Source: Torpedo marmorata
Taxonomy: Eukaryota
NCBI GenBank assembly: GCA_977017645.1
Contig: OZ360235.1
Span: 92,628,001-92,692,000, forward strand
Length of the DNA: 64,000 nt
Direction: 5' to 3'
Position numbers and translations under genes: made by a program. The notes below the pieces were generated by a model that saw only the letters and a list, made by a program, of their open reading frames with translations, was not told where the DNA came from and searched no databases. Positions 63,024 through 64,000 of this stretch are shown here, piece after piece. Within the stretch, counting starts at the first letter, position 1. Every line of letters begins with the position of its first letter.

Positions 63024-63950
63024 TTTTTTTTGAATATTTTATTTGGTTTTTTTAAAAGTCAAACATATTATCAATAACAAAAATAATACATCAAATATAA
63101 TATTCGTCTGTTGACTATTATACTAAAAAACAACAACAAAACTATAAACAAAGGAAAACCCACCCACCCAATTCCCCCCAAAATGAAAGAAAAGAGAGGA
63201 ATAGTATAAAAGGTTGAAATAGAAAAGGAAAGAAGACGTTGGAGATCGTCGTCCACCCCGCAGGCTTAAATTACTTGGCATACTCGGATTTCTGAAGAGG
63301 AAGTGGACATAGGTCCTGGAGGCAATGGGGGGGGGGCCTTGTTATAGATTTACAGCCATGTGTTGTAAATATGGAGTCCAAATCTTTAAAAATATATCGT
63401 ATCTATTTCTAAGATTATAGGTAATCTTCTCAAGGGGAACACAGCTGTACATTTCCTCATTCCATCTTGTCATACCTAGATGGGAATCAGACTTCCATGT
63501 GACTGCTATACATTTCCTGACCACCGCCAATGCGATCTCCACAAATTTTATTTGAAACTTTGACAGCCTCATCTTAGGCCAGAGATATTGCCCAATAGAA
63601 ATAATTCTGGGCGTTGTGGGAACTGAATTTCTGTAATTTGTTCTAAGAGTTTCCCTAAGTCTGTCCAGAAAGGTTTTACTTTGGGGCATGATCAGGTTAA
63701 ATGTAAAAACGTTCCTATTTCTTTGCCGCATCTAAAACATTTATCTGATATTTCTGATTTAAATTTATTCAATTTTTGCGGCGTGAGATACAACTGGTGC
63801 AAAAAATGGTATTGCAGCAGTCTGTATCTCACATTTATTGTGTTTTGACATAAGTCGGACCAGTTTTGTTCATTGATTATTATATCCAAGTCTGACTCCC
63901 ATCTCTGTCTAGATCTATGTAGCCCCTGTTTAGGGGTTCCTTTTTGTAGT
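63024..63950 (-). mobile_element. L1-clade LINE 3' end (ORF2 C-terminal zinc knuckle, 3' UTR, poly-A)
   Basis: RYRLLQYHFLHQLYLTPQKL...CFRCGKEIGTFLH; RKCIAVTWKS; LEKITY...FLKIWTPY; AATAAA and A-tail at ~63024-63045. Confidence 0.9.
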
Positions 63951-64000
63951 AAAAGATAGGTAAAGGTAAAAGATAAAGGTTCCATTATTGTCACGTAATA

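Overview
Eukaryotic, repeat-dominated window, most likely from a cartilaginous fish (ray/skate-type CR1/HER1 LINEs, HE1-like V-SINEs, Rex1/Babar, Penelope and DeuSINE repeats). No host protein-coding exon could be confidently identified, so it reads as intron or intergenic DNA. About 40% of the window (~14.55-40.01 kb) is one 25.5-kb, strand-asymmetric minisatellite with a ~27-bp unit (CATGGAACATTTGTTGACCCCTCCCCC) and nested higher-order duplications. It explains all the long low-complexity ORFs. The flanks are a mosaic of truncated retroelements. Notable details: (1) Penelope terminal repeats carry minimal hammerhead-ribozyme-like motifs. (2) One of these is split by a 2.07-kb internally deleted hAT transposon with a perfect 8-bp TSD, and another appears split by a Rex1 insertion. 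(3) A young CR1 is nested in a non-autonomous Rex1-tailed element, creating a spurious 502-aa chimeric ORF. Coordinates of degenerate repeats are approximate (tens of bp); family names come from motif recognition, not database searches.
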